A DNA stretch of 64,000 nucleotides from Paraspadella gotoi (lineage: Eukaryota; Animalia; Chaetognatha). The number at the start of each line of letters is the position of its first letter. Position 1 is the first letter of the stretch. Shown here in pieces: positions 12,652-26,629 of this stretch. The translations under genes were made by a program, and so were the position numbers. The notes beneath the pieces were generated by a model. The model saw only the letters and a program-made list of their open reading frames with translations. It did not search any database and was not told the DNA's origin. The DNA is taken from positions 1,442,537-1,506,536 of the forward strand of contig CM119269.1 in assembly GCA_051294375.1 (NCBI GenBank). The letters are read 5' to 3'.

Positions 12652-13979
12652 CATCGTTTCCATCGTCGACCAAATTCTTTTTCTTTTCTCTTATGTCCCT
12701 CTTCCTTTTCTCAACCAAAAAGGTCATCGTCTTCTCCCTTTCTTACCCATGGAGGCCCTCTTGGCCTTAAGCCTCGCGATGAGCGTCTCCCGCCAAAATC
12801 CCGCCGGTGCGGAGTCCTTGGCGTCGCCTTTGGAGGATCGCGCCACGGTGGTCGTGTAGAGACCGTCGGTGACCTGCACCAGCGGCGGGATGGAGACGGA
12901 GATGATCTCCGGCTCCCCGGCGTCGATTCTGACGCCGCGTCCGACCGGCGACGAGGCTTCGGGCGAAGCGGCGTCGTGGAGACTAGATCGGGATTTGTCG
13001 GAAGTGAACCTGGCGTACAGAGAGAAAGGGAAGACCTTTAGAATTATGTTGTAATATCGTATATCGAATTTGTATATTGTTTATTGTATATCGTTTTTTA
13101 CCATTTTGTTACCCTAATCTATTCTATTCTATTCTATTCTATTCTATTCTATTCTATTCTATTCTATTCTATTCTATTCTATTCTATTCTATTCCAACCA
13201 ATTAAAATAATTTTTTCTGTTTTTCTTTTCTTTTCCTTTTTGATTTGTTTTGTTTTTCTTTTCTTTTCTTTTCTTTTCTTTTCTTTTCTTTTCTTTTCTT
13301 TTCTTTTCTTTTCTTTTCTTTTCTTTTCTTTTCTTTTCTTTTCTTTTCTTTAATTTACTTAACTTTACTCCACTTTATTTTACTTTTCTTCAGGTCTCTA
13401 TTATTTTCCAAATTTTTTTTCGCAAACCTTTGGACCTTTTCCTTTCTCTCGTTGCTCTTTTGTCGAATGACGCCGTCCACGGGTCCTCCGCCACCGGCGG
13501 CGCCCCTGGCGGTCTGATACGAAAACTCAGTCTGCGTGGCGCCGACCGAAGACGGATGGCTCAGGTTGCGGCGCCGACCGGCGCGGACGATCATTTCGTC
13601 GTCGTCGATGTCATCCTCGCCGGCGTCGTCGCTACGATTGTCCTGCATCCGGCGCCGAATATCGACAATGTGACTTCCCTGGACTCCGAGCACCGGAGGT
13701 AGGCGGCGCTGGTAGAGGCCGGCACCGGCGCCGGCGGAACCGGTGCCGGCGGAACCGGCGACGCCGCCTCCGCCGCCGCCGACGGCGAAACCAGCGATGA
13801 TTGCACCTTTGTGTTTTTATGAATCGAATTAATTACGCAAAAAAAAAAAATAAAATGGCGAGTCTTTAATCAACATATTGTAAAATAGCCGAATATTTGT
13901 TATCTCTAATGATCTAAATTCTAATGAGTCTAATCTAACCAGGCTTTTTGTGTCTTTCCCTCCGTGATCGGAATTCCAT
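9898..13979 (-). CDS. Orphan 8-exon gene, ~548 aa, low-complexity G/A/S/P-rich. Exons 13979-13940, 13806-13428, 13009-12747, 12576-12481, 12110-11893, 11409-11134, 10816-10636, 10091-9898
   Basis: GC-rich blocks with GT-AG boundaries join in frame: MEFRSRRERHKKPG|AIIAGFAVGGGGGG..KVQR|FTSDKS..FWRETLIARLKAKRASMG|QASTG..|STVDAA..KPMYLK|RINRDGSEQEIVLRNFNSFNAFKFNLRGLDRFHL..EVLK|GKFLPSQHLRYNL..|SSDSTS..NENQF*. No domain recognised. Confidence 0.72.
10148..10326 (+). repeat. Diverged copy of dispersed ~280-bp repeat family A (intronic)
   Basis: Shares ATTGGTACAA, ATAAGCTAT..CCCTGACTTT, CTTACAAGAT..ACATAGCAGG and ATCAATGAAGTGG with 51563-51850. Confidence 0.7.
12181..12430 (-). repeat. Copy of dispersed repeat family A (intronic)
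   Basis: Reverse complement aligns by eye along nearly the whole length of 51590-51850. Confidence 0.85.
13118..13350. repeat. (TATTC)n and (TTTTC)n microsatellites in intron
   Basis: Directly visible. Confidence 0.95.
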
Positions 13980-14407
13980 TATTACTGTCGCCGTCTACAT
14001 TAGTTGGAATTTCTTCTTGTCGGAACGGTCATGATTGTAAGCAAATGTAAAAGTTCAAATTCGTCCGTTTTTTCACAGTTTTAAATAAAATATTTATATT
14101 AGTAAAAACGAATGAGGTTTCGTTTTTTCGCCGAATATTTCTTTCTTTTTTTTTTCGAAACTCGTCTTGACGTAAAAACTTGTCTGTAGTTTATCGTTTG
14201 GCTCAAAAGATGGCGCGATTACCGTGAACATTTTAACATTCGATATATCGGACATGAACTTGACATGAAATTCGTTAATCGTCGACATCGTTTTGACATT
14301 CTATTGACCGTTCCATGTTTCTGGGAATCTTCGCCTTCGTGCCGGGGATATCGGTTTCGTGTTCTCGAACCTCAGCGTCATTGGGGAATCATGACGACCG
14401 CAAAGAT

Positions 14408-14530
<123 letters not shown>

Positions 14531-16414
14531 TGTCTTTGAGGCAAATTCACACGAAGTAGAAGATTCCAACACAAAATTGTATTTCTATTTCTGAATAGCA
14601 GTTTTAAAGCTGCGCTTTTGTTTATTTCAAATCTTAAGAGCATGCCATCTTTCGGTAACAAGTTTTAAAGTGAAGAAAGAACTTCGGAAACAGGAGAGAG
14701 TACAGTAAAGTGAGTCAGAAAATGAACAATCCCACCTCTGTTGCATGTTTATAAATTTTCATATTTTGTAATTTTTTCTTTTTTGCTCGTACTGTTTGAG
14801 GCTTTAAATATTTCAATGATTTCCAGAAGAGTCTTTGGCAGTATTCTTTTTTTTAATCATAACTACTAGAGCCGTTACTCTGTTGTGCCATTACGATCAC
14901 ATAATAAATTCGTTCTTTGTTTGAATAATTGTTCAGAACGGCAAACGTTTTTAAGCTTTTAAAAAATTTCATCTTCATTGTCAATTCTTTCACTCAATTA
15001 CGAACTTTTTCGAACGATCCGGGTAATATTTTAAAAAGCAAAATAAATTTTAAAATATTCTGCTTTCTGTTTAACATTAGCATATCTTCGTTTGTTTTGT
15101 TTTTTTTTTTACTATTTAAATGTCTATTTCCTCTTCCCTCAACGCAGAGATGCCTCAGTTGATTAAATGAAAAAAATGTTGAAACCATTACTCGTATTTC
15201 GCCGCTGTCAATATCTTGACAAGTCTCTCTTGACAGCCCGCTTTCCTGTTCTGCTCTTTTTCTTTTTCTCTTTCGCTTTTCCCTCAACTCATCTATCTTT
15301 CTATCTTTCTTTCTATCCTCTTTCGTCTTCTGTCTCTCCCATTCCTTCTATCCCCCCCTCACCCGTCAACAGGTTGAAAGTCAAAACCCCTTAAGGATTT
15401 CTCCCCTCAGTTAAATTTTTTCTTCCCCTCGAGGAGAAGTTAATGAAAAGACGATGAAAAGTCTTTTGGAAGTTTTACAAAAAAAAAAAAAAAAAGCTCA
15501 TATCCTGCTTGACCCCAGGGTACGAAACGCTGGGGGAAATGAGGCTTCACAGTTGTTTCACATTCCTGAATTAGTCGCGACGCCCAGTTTTAAAATATTT
15601 AATAAAAATAAGTAAAATAATACAAATAAATCATTCAGTTGCCAAAGGTGACATCGACGGGAAAAGCGAAACGAAAAAAAAAAATTTCTCGCCCTCGAAA
15701 TGTTAATCTTATATATACATCATGAATTTAATTTGTGATGACAAAAAAAGAGACGTGATGAACGGAATGAAAGACGTTGGCAAATGGCGAAGCATATCAA
15801 TCATGGAGAGAATGACAGCCGCCACTGCCTAAACGTCTCAACATGACTAATAAGAAATTTTTAATTAACTGGGCCTCGTTCCAATTCCAACTCCGATCCG
15901 TATATATACGTCAAATATTTAATTTTTTTTTTTTTAAACATTGTAACGATGTTTTTCTTGTCAACCGCTGACAATCGAATCTTAAAGGTTTTATTTATTT
16001 TTATAATCTTTTCCGTCTTTAAAAAAAAAAAAAAACCGGACGTCGGTGCGTGGCGACGTGCCGTCCCGCCCTGTTAGAAATTCAAATTTAGACCATTATT
16101 TATTATGCGAAGGGAAAAAATAGGCGGCGGCGTTGAAATTATGAGTCTGTTTCTTAGATTAAAAAGAAACTAGAAAATGAGTGATCAGTTTTTAGACGAA
16201 CAGTTTAACTCTCAGCTTTTGGTAGTGAATACAAATTTAGCAATAAACCGTAATTTTTTTTTTGTTTAATTTTCTTTCTTTTTAATCGTCGATCATTCTA
16301 TCTATTTTTCTGATCCTTCGAAATATGAACAGAAAAAAAGTTGTTTTGAATTGAAGAGATTTGACAATTGATTGAAGGACTTCAAAGAGGGATTTACCGA
16401 CGACAATAACAAAA

Positions 16415-16458
<44 letters not shown>

Positions 16459-16471
16459 GAGAAAAGAGAGA

Positions 16472-16548
<77 letters not shown>

Positions 16549-16974
16549 TCAATCATGATTGTCACCTGAAGCGTGTTTAATATGTTGCAACACGACCGGT
16601 TCCTTAAAGCCGACTCGTCTCCAAAGAGGATTTTGCTTCAACGGGTCAGTGGAACCCTGGAGAAGGAGCGAAAGAGAGCTAGAGAGAGAGACAGAGACAG
16701 AGAGAGAGAGATTTTGGCATGAGCGTTTAAATCTGGAGGGATTAAGAGACCGCGGATCCCGATCGGAGAATTCTCATCTCTTCGCTTGGGTTTTTCTGCA
16801 GCGAATTTAGGTTGCGGTTAATTGGAGGTTTAAGAGATGATTAAGAGATGATTACGAGATGATTAAGAGATGAACAAGAGATGAATAAGAGATGAATGCT
16901 TACAAATAATATAGGATGGAGAAACGCTTGCGAGGGAAAAATATATGTACGACGATAACAAAATAAGACTGAAA

Positions 16975-17010
16975 TAAATAAATAAATAAAAAGAAAGAAA
17001 GAAAGAAAAA

Positions 17011-17086
<76 letters not shown>

Positions 17087-17165
17087 AAGAAAGAAAGAAA
17101 GAAAGAGAGAAAGAAAGAGAGAAAGAGAGAAAGAAAGAAAGAAAGAAAGAAAAAGAAAAAAAAAG
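16975..17165. repeat. (GAAA)n microsatellite; similar (TTTC)n tracts at 3275-3385, 30148-30190 and 63937-64000
   Basis: Directly visible. Confidence 0.95.
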
Positions 17166-18247
17166 CTAAACGGAAAAGAAACGGTAAAGACTGACGAGTA
17201 AATTGGCGGATTAAAAATTGTGGCTCAGAAAAAAGGAAAAGAATTGATAATCTGAAAATCTGATTTGTCAACATCGGCGTAGCCGATCGGGAGGGACAAA
17301 CTTAAAGCTCTCAGCGAGCCGATCGGGCAAGACAAACTTAAATCTTTCTCTTCTCGCGTTACGGTGGAATGAAATTTTTTTTATTAAGTAGCCACGTCAG
17401 ACATTTTCTCGTTTAGTTTACTAATAAATATTAAAAAAATTGTTAAATGCAACGTCTGTTCTACTAATTAAAAGTAGTTTAGGAGAATATTGCTTTAAAT
17501 AGTATTAACTTATAGAAATATTACACAAATATATGCAGTAAGCCTTGTTTTTATCTTTACCCATAGAAAAAGAGAGTGGTTGCCTTTAATTTTGTGGTTG
17601 TCGACCTCGACCGATAATTAACCCACTTTTTCGTCTCCTCAGCTGAACACAAATGAGATTCCATCAAGATTCCATCTCGGCTCAAAATCGGGAAAGAATC
17701 TCAACTGAACTCCACTCAATTCCTTTTGTATTGGAAATCGTTTTGAGCGACGAAAACCTTCACCACAGTCGATCGTGAACTTTCCCTCACTCGAATCCGC
17801 ACCACTGATTTCGGGTCACCGAACGTAGTCGTCGTCGTCGTCGTCGTCGTCGCGTTCCTAATCGTCGATGCGAATCGCTTCCCTGCGTTTTCTCCTCGGG
17901 CCACGAATTTACCTTGAAAGAACAACAACCTTACCCTGCCTCACCTCGCATAATATTCGAGGAGAGAGAGAGAGAGAGAGAGAGATTATATGTCGATTAT
18001 TGATGAGACTAAAAAAATATGCTTAACTCTCAAATCATGTTGACTGGTTGAGCCCTGAATGGAATAACGGTAAAGGAAAGAAAGAAAGACAGTGAAATAA
18101 AGTGGAAAAAGTTTAAATTTAAGATGTAATAATAAATATATCTTTACATGAACAGCGTTTCGAAATTAGACTTATTTTATTATATTATAATTATTTAAAC
18201 CTACTTCCGAGATAAAGATGACTTAAAAGAGAAGGTAAATAGACGCA

Positions 18248-18606
18248 CAAATAATTGCAAAACTAAATGGAAAATAAAATTACAAAACTAAAGGGCAAAT
18301 AAATTTGCAAAACTAAATGGCAAATAAAATTGCAAAACTAAATGGCAAATAAAATTGCAAAACTAAATGGCAAATAAAATTGCAAAACTAAATGGCAAAT
18401 AAAATTGCAAAACTAAATGGCAAATAAAATTGCAAAACTAAATGGCAAATAAAATTGCAAAACTAAATGGCAAATAAAATTGCAAAACTAATTGGTAAAT
18501 AAAATTCCAAAACTAAATGGCAAATAATATTGAAAAACTAAATGGCAAATAAAATTGCAAAACTAAATGGCAAATAAAATTGCAAAACTAAATGGCAAAT
18601 AAAATT
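18248..18606. repeat. Minisatellite, 25-bp unit AAAACTAAATGGCAAATAAAATTGC, about 14 copies
   Basis: Near-perfect tandem copies visible. Confidence 0.95.
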
Positions 18607-19566
18607 TCACTTTCTCCTCAACGGAAAAAGGGAGAAATTCTATCGACCTGGGAGGAAAAGACTCGATTCTCATTTTTTCGTCTCAATTCGAAAAAAATAT
18701 ATATATTTCCTCTGGCAGAGATTAATGAAAGCGACTTCAGCACGGAGGAAGTTAGCGTATTTTTTAAATTCGTTATGTATATTATATACAAGTATTATTA
18801 GTTTTAGTTTTGTAAAAGATGACTAAACTAAAAAAATCTGGTATTTTTAAACAAACAAACAAACTCTTCGTATGTCATTGATTTAATTTTTGCTCAATTA
18901 AGCGAGTGAGAGTAAATATATAATCATAAATCGACTACGCTGTATCTTTCTCTTCTGGAAACTTCCTAAAAAAAAATTGTAGGAAGGAATAAAAAAAAAA
19001 GTCGAGGGAAGATTTGAAATTGATGCCAAAATTCTTGGCAAATGTCATTCCCACCAAATGTTAGCACAAAATTTTTTGAGTGCGGCGGGGGAAAAAAAAG
19101 AGAGAATTTATTGCGAAACTTAATGGTCGTCGTCCTCGTTGTTGTTGTCGTCGTTGCCTCAACATTTTCTGCTTTTGCGGTTGGAACTACGTTGTTAAAA
19201 TGCCGATAGAGATAAATGTATACGTAGCTTCTTCGATTTATGGAGTCATTTCAATTAATTAATCTACACTAGCAGAGTTGAGTAAGCGCAGGCTTCTTTT
19301 TTTAATCTTAACCTTTTTAAATCCTCGTAGTAAACGATTTTATCTTTTCCTCTATTAGTATCATCTATCTTTCTTCTTCTTCTTCCCCTTTAATTAACTT
19401 CCTCTTCTGCTTCTATTTCTTATTTCTTTCTTTCTCTTTCTATGTCATCTTCTTCCCCTACGTTTTCAAACCAGTCGCTTACGCCGTTTGTGTCGCGCGA
19501 TCCTCAAAGAGTTTATATTTACAACTCAACCGGAGGAGCCTAACTAAAATNNNNNNNNNNNNNNNN

Positions 19567-19603
<37 letters not shown>

Positions 19604-20252
19604 GAGCGAAACACAAGAGGATAATAATCTTTCATTTTCGATTGTGAAAAATAAATTGGATAAGAATCTGAAATCTGAAATCTGAATTCGCTAAAACCGA
19701 AATTAGGATCGTTAAATCGAAGGGTCGAGAAACGGAATATGGAAGCCAAGAAACTTCGCTACTCCAATACGACGCTTTTGTTGTCGTCGTTGTTGTCGTT
19801 GTCGTCGTCGTCGTTGCCTTTTTTTGGTAGAAATAAAATCCTAGCACGGAGTGACTGAAAATTTGGTTTAGTAATATGTAGTCGCCCAAGCCGCTCGTCG
19901 AAACCCTCGCTCTGGGTCCCAGAAGCCAAAGACGACAAAACTTCGAATATCCTTAAGAGTAGCGAGGTTAACTCCAATGAAGTAACGAGGAAAGCTTCAT
20001 CGAAAGAAGATTCCCGATGAGCATTTAGCTCCTCTCTTGGCAGCGTCGTTACCGTCTCGTAACGGTCCTCCGAACCGTCCCAGGGTCATTTCGACGTTAA
20101 CACAAATTGCGTCGTATATTACTAAAAAGAATAATCGTTTAGCTTAATTATTCAAAGTACATCTTCCATAATAGACCTGGAACGAGAAGCCGTTAACGAC
20201 TATCAAACCGTAGGACATTAAACGCGAAATTATGCTTAAAGAATAACTCGGG

Positions 20253-20316
<64 letters not shown>

Positions 20317-20774
20317 TTCGAGCTCAAATGCTCTCTGTTGTCATAAGGAATTAAAAAGGGAGCGTATTGACGGGTCAGTGAAACCAGCGACGTAATCTCG
20401 TCAGTAAAAAGCGGAAAAAACGACGTTTACAAAAGACAAAGACAACATTCAGTTGGGAGAATATTTATATTTCTTGTTATCCGTTTAGGTTAATGAAAAG
20501 AAAAAAAACAAAATTAATTTTTGCCGATATGTTTTAAGCGAGTTGGTGAAAAAGGAGTGGAATTTGGAAAAGGGGGCGTTTGGAGAATCGAGACTCGAGA
20601 GGTGAGTTTCATTAAGATTAAAATGGAAGCAGAGAAATAGTAGTCATCTTTCAAACTCAAATCTCCCTTTTATTTTCCTTCCTTGATCCGTCCGAGTGGA
20701 ATTTAGCAAATGCCACAACTTCACATCTGATCTTTTCATAAGCGTTTAATCAAATACTTCAAAGTTTACAAACT

Positions 20775-20817
<43 letters not shown>

Positions 20818-21269
20818 TCCTCTGCAAACGCTCTTTCCAATTTTATTCGATTAATAATCAAGAAAAAAAATTGTTTCTGTTTTAAATTTGATAATCGAGT
20901 GTTCTCATTAAAAGCATTATGTTATCACAATTTCAGGCATTGTTTTTTACTAACTAGTTGTTTCTTTTTCAAAAATGACGTAATGACTCAAGCGGCCATA
21001 ACTTATAAATCTTGCAAAGAAAAAAAAAATTCAACTGCCGGATTTCGCAGTACGCGACAGCTATTGACAAGCAATTTCAATTTAAACTGGGAATATACTC
21101 TCCCCGTTATTTTGCAATAACCCGAGTTGTTCGCAGTTTAAGTCAAAATAGTATTAAATTCTCGTTCCATCTGCTACACAGAGACATTCCGGTTGACGGG
21201 TTTTCGCCGGTGACTTTTATGCCTCTTTCTCTCGTAAATCAATCAAATGACGCGCTCGCTAGATCTTAA

Positions 21270-21315
<46 letters not shown>

Positions 21316-23530
21316 TCCACATACAACTTTCGGTTTAAATGCAAATGCGGCGTTTTGAATATTTTCTCTCCTCCTATCCCGCTGAGCGAACTTTGCCACT
21401 TTTTTCATTGCAAAAATCGCTCAGGAATATTATTAAACGAAATTTCTTTCGGTTCGAGTTAGAACATTTATTTCCCTTTTACTATTTTTCTCGTTTGCTT
21501 ATTTCCATTTTTACGTCCCATTCAATTATGTCGGGAGAAAATAGTTTTTACTATTTTTTTTTTATTTTAAATTAAAACCCCGCCAAATCGATTAACTCCC
21601 ACGACGAGTACACGATTTTAATGGGATTTCTTTGCCGGTTCAGTTTCTTGGGGCATTTTGAAAGGTGAATTGCCCTTGAAATAATATAATCATATACTTT
21701 TCCGCGCCTTGAGATATTTTGTAATTCAAATCGATTCATCGAGATTAACAAACACAAACGCCCACAATAAAACATTCGTACACACAAAAAGAAATAAAAC
21801 AAAGGACAGTCGTTCGGTGAAAGCGACACCTCTTGTCCTGAACCAAGATCTAAGACTAAGTCTGCTTAATTCTTTTGAGACTCACAAATTTCGATTTATT
21901 TTTTCTTTTAACTCTCGCCTGAGTATGAATAATATATATCTATTTTCTTGAGATAATAAAAAAAACCAAATAAAAACAAAATTCTGAAAACTTTGAGATT
22001 GGTAGAAGGGCGGAAAGTAGACGTCAAAGTGGTAGAGACGATAATTTTTAAACTTCATCGTAAAAATCAGTGTATGTACAAAGATGTGTTTTTATTTGTA
22101 AAAATTACATTAAATAATAGATTAAATATCACATTAAATAATACAATGCCTGATAGACCGAATTTATTCTCCATATTAACATAAGCAAAACACGTGCCGG
22201 TTGTCATGTTATTATAGTTAAACATAGCCCTCCGCCCCTATTCCAAGATGCATAAGTTCCAATGAGAGCGATATGTTTTTAATTTGATTTCGCGGAAATT
22301 AAAGTGCTCCGTTAATGTTCGAGTGATTGTCGGTAGTAACGAACGCTCAATAAAGTGAGAATCAACTCTTTGTTTTTTTTTTCAAATCGCAAAAATTAAG
22401 AAAGGGACACGAATTATTAGGCTCAAATTTCAAATTTTCAAAAATCGAACCGAAAAAAGAAAATATGAATCCCGTCGATGAGCGATGGTCTAATCAGATC
22501 TCTCGTCGTTTAATAGTCTTCATGTATTAATTTTTAACGATCAAGTAATAGACTTTTTGTATTCGGATTAGAGACTGTTTAACGGTCTTTTTTATTGTCT
22601 TTGTTCCTATGCATAATCGAAAGAAAGAGACCCACTTATCGCAGGGATTAGTCGACGGGAAATTTAAATCATAATTTCAAACGTTATTTCATGTTTCACT
22701 TTCCGTATTTCAAATTTGACTCTCATTTAAACTAACTCAGTAAATACTAAATAGTACCTAGAATTAGTAGACGCATTCATCCTTCCTGGCCTGTAAAAGG
22801 TTTTCTAGACTACCTTAATTTCATGCGACTTCAAGCTGAAGGAGTGCCACTGCCAGTTCCCTCGAAGTGCATATTGAGAATATTAACGACTCTTCCTAAC
22901 GGTCGCGTTAATTTCCAACCCGAACCAAAAAAAAAAACCCCTTGCGTTCACAGCCTCTCGCCTGACTGGAAAGGATCGTGATGGCCCCTCGAAACGGCCG
23001 AGCTGCGACCCGGCTGCGGCCCCATATCCTTCCTCGACGCCGCGGGCTGCCAGCGAAAACCCTCGCCTCTACGATCCGCGTCGAACCCATAAACCACGAA
23101 AACTTCTCCGCGTCCGAGACGGCTACGACTTTTTTTCGAGACGGACTTCGCGCTGAGACCGGGATCGATGCCTCGTCGTTGTCGTCGTCGTCGTCGTCGA
23201 AAAATCATCAACGCAGTGGATTTCGTCATCAGCGTCGTGTTATTGCCTTCTGCAACGACGACGACGACTGATGTCCGCGAGGTTCACGTCATTAAGCGAG
23301 AAAAAAAGTTGGTTTTTAAGATTCCTCAATTTTTGTTTTCCCTTTCGATCTATCGATCTATTCGATCGTCGAGTCTTTTCGTCAAGACGATCGGCTTCGT
23401 CGTCGCTTTCGTCGTCGCTTTCGTCGTCGTCTTCGTCGTCGCCTTCGCCTCGAGACCTAATTAGTGGCGGGAGTGGAGCGAAAATCGCGGGTAATGCGAG
23501 AACGGATCGGGCGAGGAAAAGTCGGGCAAT

Positions 23531-23644
<114 letters not shown>

Positions 23645-23756
23645 TCAACAGGATGACGAGCTGAGGAGGCGGACGGACTGACGGACTAAGGGACGGAGAG
23701 ATGGACGGACGGGTAGGGTTAAGATCGAACGAAATTATGAATTAAGCAGGCATGAC

Positions 23757-23822
23757 GTTAAATGGAGTATTAAAGTATTAAATGGAGTATTAAAGTATTA
23801 AATGGAGTATTAAAGTATTAAC
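23757..23822. repeat. 20-bp tandem repeat TTAAATGGAGTATTAAAGTA x3
   Basis: Directly visible. Confidence 0.9.
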
Positions 23823-23870
23823 TTAAAAGTTAAAAGTAAAAATATAACGAATTTGTTTTATTTGATAAAA

Positions 23871-23915
23871 CAATTTGCTGATGAAGGCTGGCATTTGACC
23901 GAAACATGTTCGTTG
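23871..23915 (+). ncRNA. Degenerate minimal type-I hammerhead ribozyme motif (Penelope-like element remnant)
   Basis: CTGATGA (23878-23884), A, weak stem II GGCTGG-cat-TTGACC, GAAA, C-AT-G, UU cleavage context, bulged stem I (CAA-tt-TG / CG-TTG), AATAAA at 23921. Same architecture as 58143-58197. Confidence 0.55.
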
Positions 23916-25241
23916 AATCAAATAAAACAACTTCGTTGTTAGCAAACGAAACCAATTTTTTTTCTTCTATTTCATAAATGTTATCGCAACGATTAGAAAG
24001 TTCGGAAATCAAGTTGAAAATATGAATTAAAAATCATCCAAATAGCATTAAGTTTAAAGATACTTATTCTGACTTTATCCAAATAAGGAATTATAATGGA
24101 TGGTGAAAATCAATCTGGCAGAGAATACAAATGGAAGCGATGAAAAGTGAAACCAGTGGCTGGTATATTACATGTAAATCGCTTTCAAGGGCTTAAACTG
24201 AACTGCTACTGTTGCAATTTACAATTAAAGTTTGGGACTCAAAGTTTGGGTCATGAAGTTGGTCAAACTGGTAAGATGTCCAAAAAAAAAAACTAAAAAA
24301 AAAACAAAAAAAAAGAGTAAAAAAAAAATGAGGTCAAACAAAACGAATCTTCAGTTCTCGATCGGCGAAGATCGAACTTCGTTCCGACGATCGAGCGGGA
24401 AAATGCAAACATTTCAAAAAAGAAAAAAAAGAAAGAAAGAAAAAAGAAAGAAAAAAGTTGAGGGCCAAAAATGTTTTGCCGTAAACGTCTAGGACGATCT
24501 CTTTCCCCGAGATAAACGTTTCTTTTGATTATCCTCTTCTTCCAATTCGAAAACGGAACACAGATAATTCTCTCCGCTCATCGTAGACAAAAATGACCAA
24601 TTAATATCTTTTTCTCTCTTTTCGTGACGCGCCCCCTTCGATTCAGAGGGAACAGAAAAAAAAACGAAAGAAAGAGGGAGAGAGAGAGAGAGATAATATG
24701 TATTTCTCTTGGCGGGAGTAATCGTCGTCGTCGTTTTCGTCGTCGTCGTCGTCGTCGTCGTCATTGCAAATGCAATCTACGTCTTTAACAGCCTCGTTAT
24801 TATGCGGTTCTATAATTTGTGGCCGTTCATATTCAGATTCTTCCAGAGATCGAAATTGATCGAGAGAATTGTATTTTTTTTATTTCTTTTTATACTTTGA
24901 ATTTTCACCGCATTCGCGATTTACTTTAGACCTTAAATTTTGAAGTCCGTCTTGTTTTTTGTATGTTGAAGTAAAATGATGTAAATGTAGGATAAAGCGA
25001 TTGAAAAAAAAAATTTCATTAAACCTTTTCAAAATTAAAAGTAAAATCGAAGACAAAGCAGTAAATCTTAACAATTAAAAAAATAATAATTGTGGGAATA
25101 TTGATGTCACTCTCCATTCAGCGTTTACTCAAGATTTGCAACGTGAAAAAAATCAATCCTCTTTTTTAAAAAAGGATTTTTTTTATCCCTCATTCTCTCT
25201 TCCCTCACCTTTCTCACTCAATCCCATAATTTGTCATTTTC

Positions 25242-25308
<67 letters not shown>

Positions 25309-25882
25309 ATTTCGTAGTAATGACCTCAATTCGTCATCTAGCCGACAGGCGACGACCGGAGAAAGACGTTGATGTCATGATGTCATGACGATTTTGACAA
25401 CAACTTTTTGTCATTTGACATTTTTTTAGTTTTGACGGATGGGGAGGCGAACCCGGGACCGAGTTGACGACTCCCTATTACGTTCCTCCCTTTTTTTTCG
25501 GAGCGTAAAGCGTTACGGCCGTGGAAATAAAAAAAGAAGAAAGAACTGGATGGCCTTTGAGCGCGATTGGGCCCGATTGGGCCCGATTGGCCTTGCAGGG
25601 TCCGGAAAGAAAAAGGGGGGAAATCGAAATAGTGGGGTTGAGCTCTGGATTCTCACAAACTTTCTGTCCCGAAAAGAGGGGGGGCTATGTTTTCTAGTTG
25701 TTCTGCTTTATTAAATAGTTAATGAGGTTTATCCGCGTAGTAAATCTTTTGAAAGAAAGAATTCTTTATGTGAAAGAGCAGTTTTTTCTTTTTTTTCTTT
25801 TTCTTTTTTTCTTTCTTTTTGTTGCTTGTTGGATTTGGTTTTGTTCTTCAGTTTTTGTTGGCAGGAGGGAAGTTTGTGTGAA

Positions 25883-26000
<118 letters not shown>

Positions 26001-26289
26001 GTCCAGCTGACGTTAGATCCCCATGTGTCATTATTAAGTGAGAAAACTCCCCTGCCTTTCTTTCTCGGTCGCTCGTCGGGTTCAGACTCAAGAATTTATT
26101 TTCCCTCTTTAATCTCATTATCAACGGTACTAAAAAAAAAGGAAAAAAAGAAAGAGGGGGAAAAAAGGAGAGAGAGAAAAAAAAGAAAATCGGCGTAAAA
26201 TGAAAAGGAAAAAAAATTAAAAGTCGAGAGAAAAGTTTGGACTCGAGTTGGACGGAGAATCGAGTAGGGAAAAAACGCCTTTCGCGATT

Positions 26290-26540
26290 TCGGGTATCGC
26301 TGTAGTCGGGCATTCCCTAAGTACACCCCGCCTGTCAGCAAGTCTTCAGCTCATGTCCACTAGGTGCCGTGTTCAATCCCAACCCGGTACCTACCCAGCA
26401 GGAAGCGTGAGGAAGCCCGCAATCCGGCGAGGAAAACTCACAAGCCTGGGTCCTAGTCCAAGACCCTTTCCATGGCTGCTCGAGCGGGAATCGAAGTCTC
26501 GATTGTCATTTTCAACCCACTTAGCGCCTTATCCGCTTTT
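26290..26540 (-). mobile_element. Possible tRNA-derived SINE remnant
   Basis: Minus strand starts GGCGCTAAGTGG (A-box-like), then GACTTCGATTCCC (B-box-like), then a GC-rich body. No second full copy seen in the window. Confidence 0.35.
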
Positions 26541-26580
26541 CGTCGTTTGGGAGAAATTCTCGTGCAAAGTTATCTTCTAT

Positions 26581-26629
26581 CTAATACTTAAGGGAGTGGT
26601 CCTTTTATACAATGAAAACATTCTTTGAA
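26581..26629 (-). repeat. Terminal fragment of dispersed repeat family A
   Basis: TAATACTTAAGGGAGTGGTC.TTT.ATA.AAT..AAACATTCTTTGA matches 12202-12248 and the reverse complement of 51789-51837. Confidence 0.8.

Noticed and set aside
18248-18606. 25-bp and 83-bp (32058-32793) arrays as CRISPR-like
   Set aside because: Head-to-tail repeats without unique spacers; eukaryotic context; no cas genes
22948-23271. Overlapping 90-98-aa ORFs in a CpG-rich island
   Set aside because: No frame could be joined to other exons or matched to a motif; kept only as a possible non-coding exon
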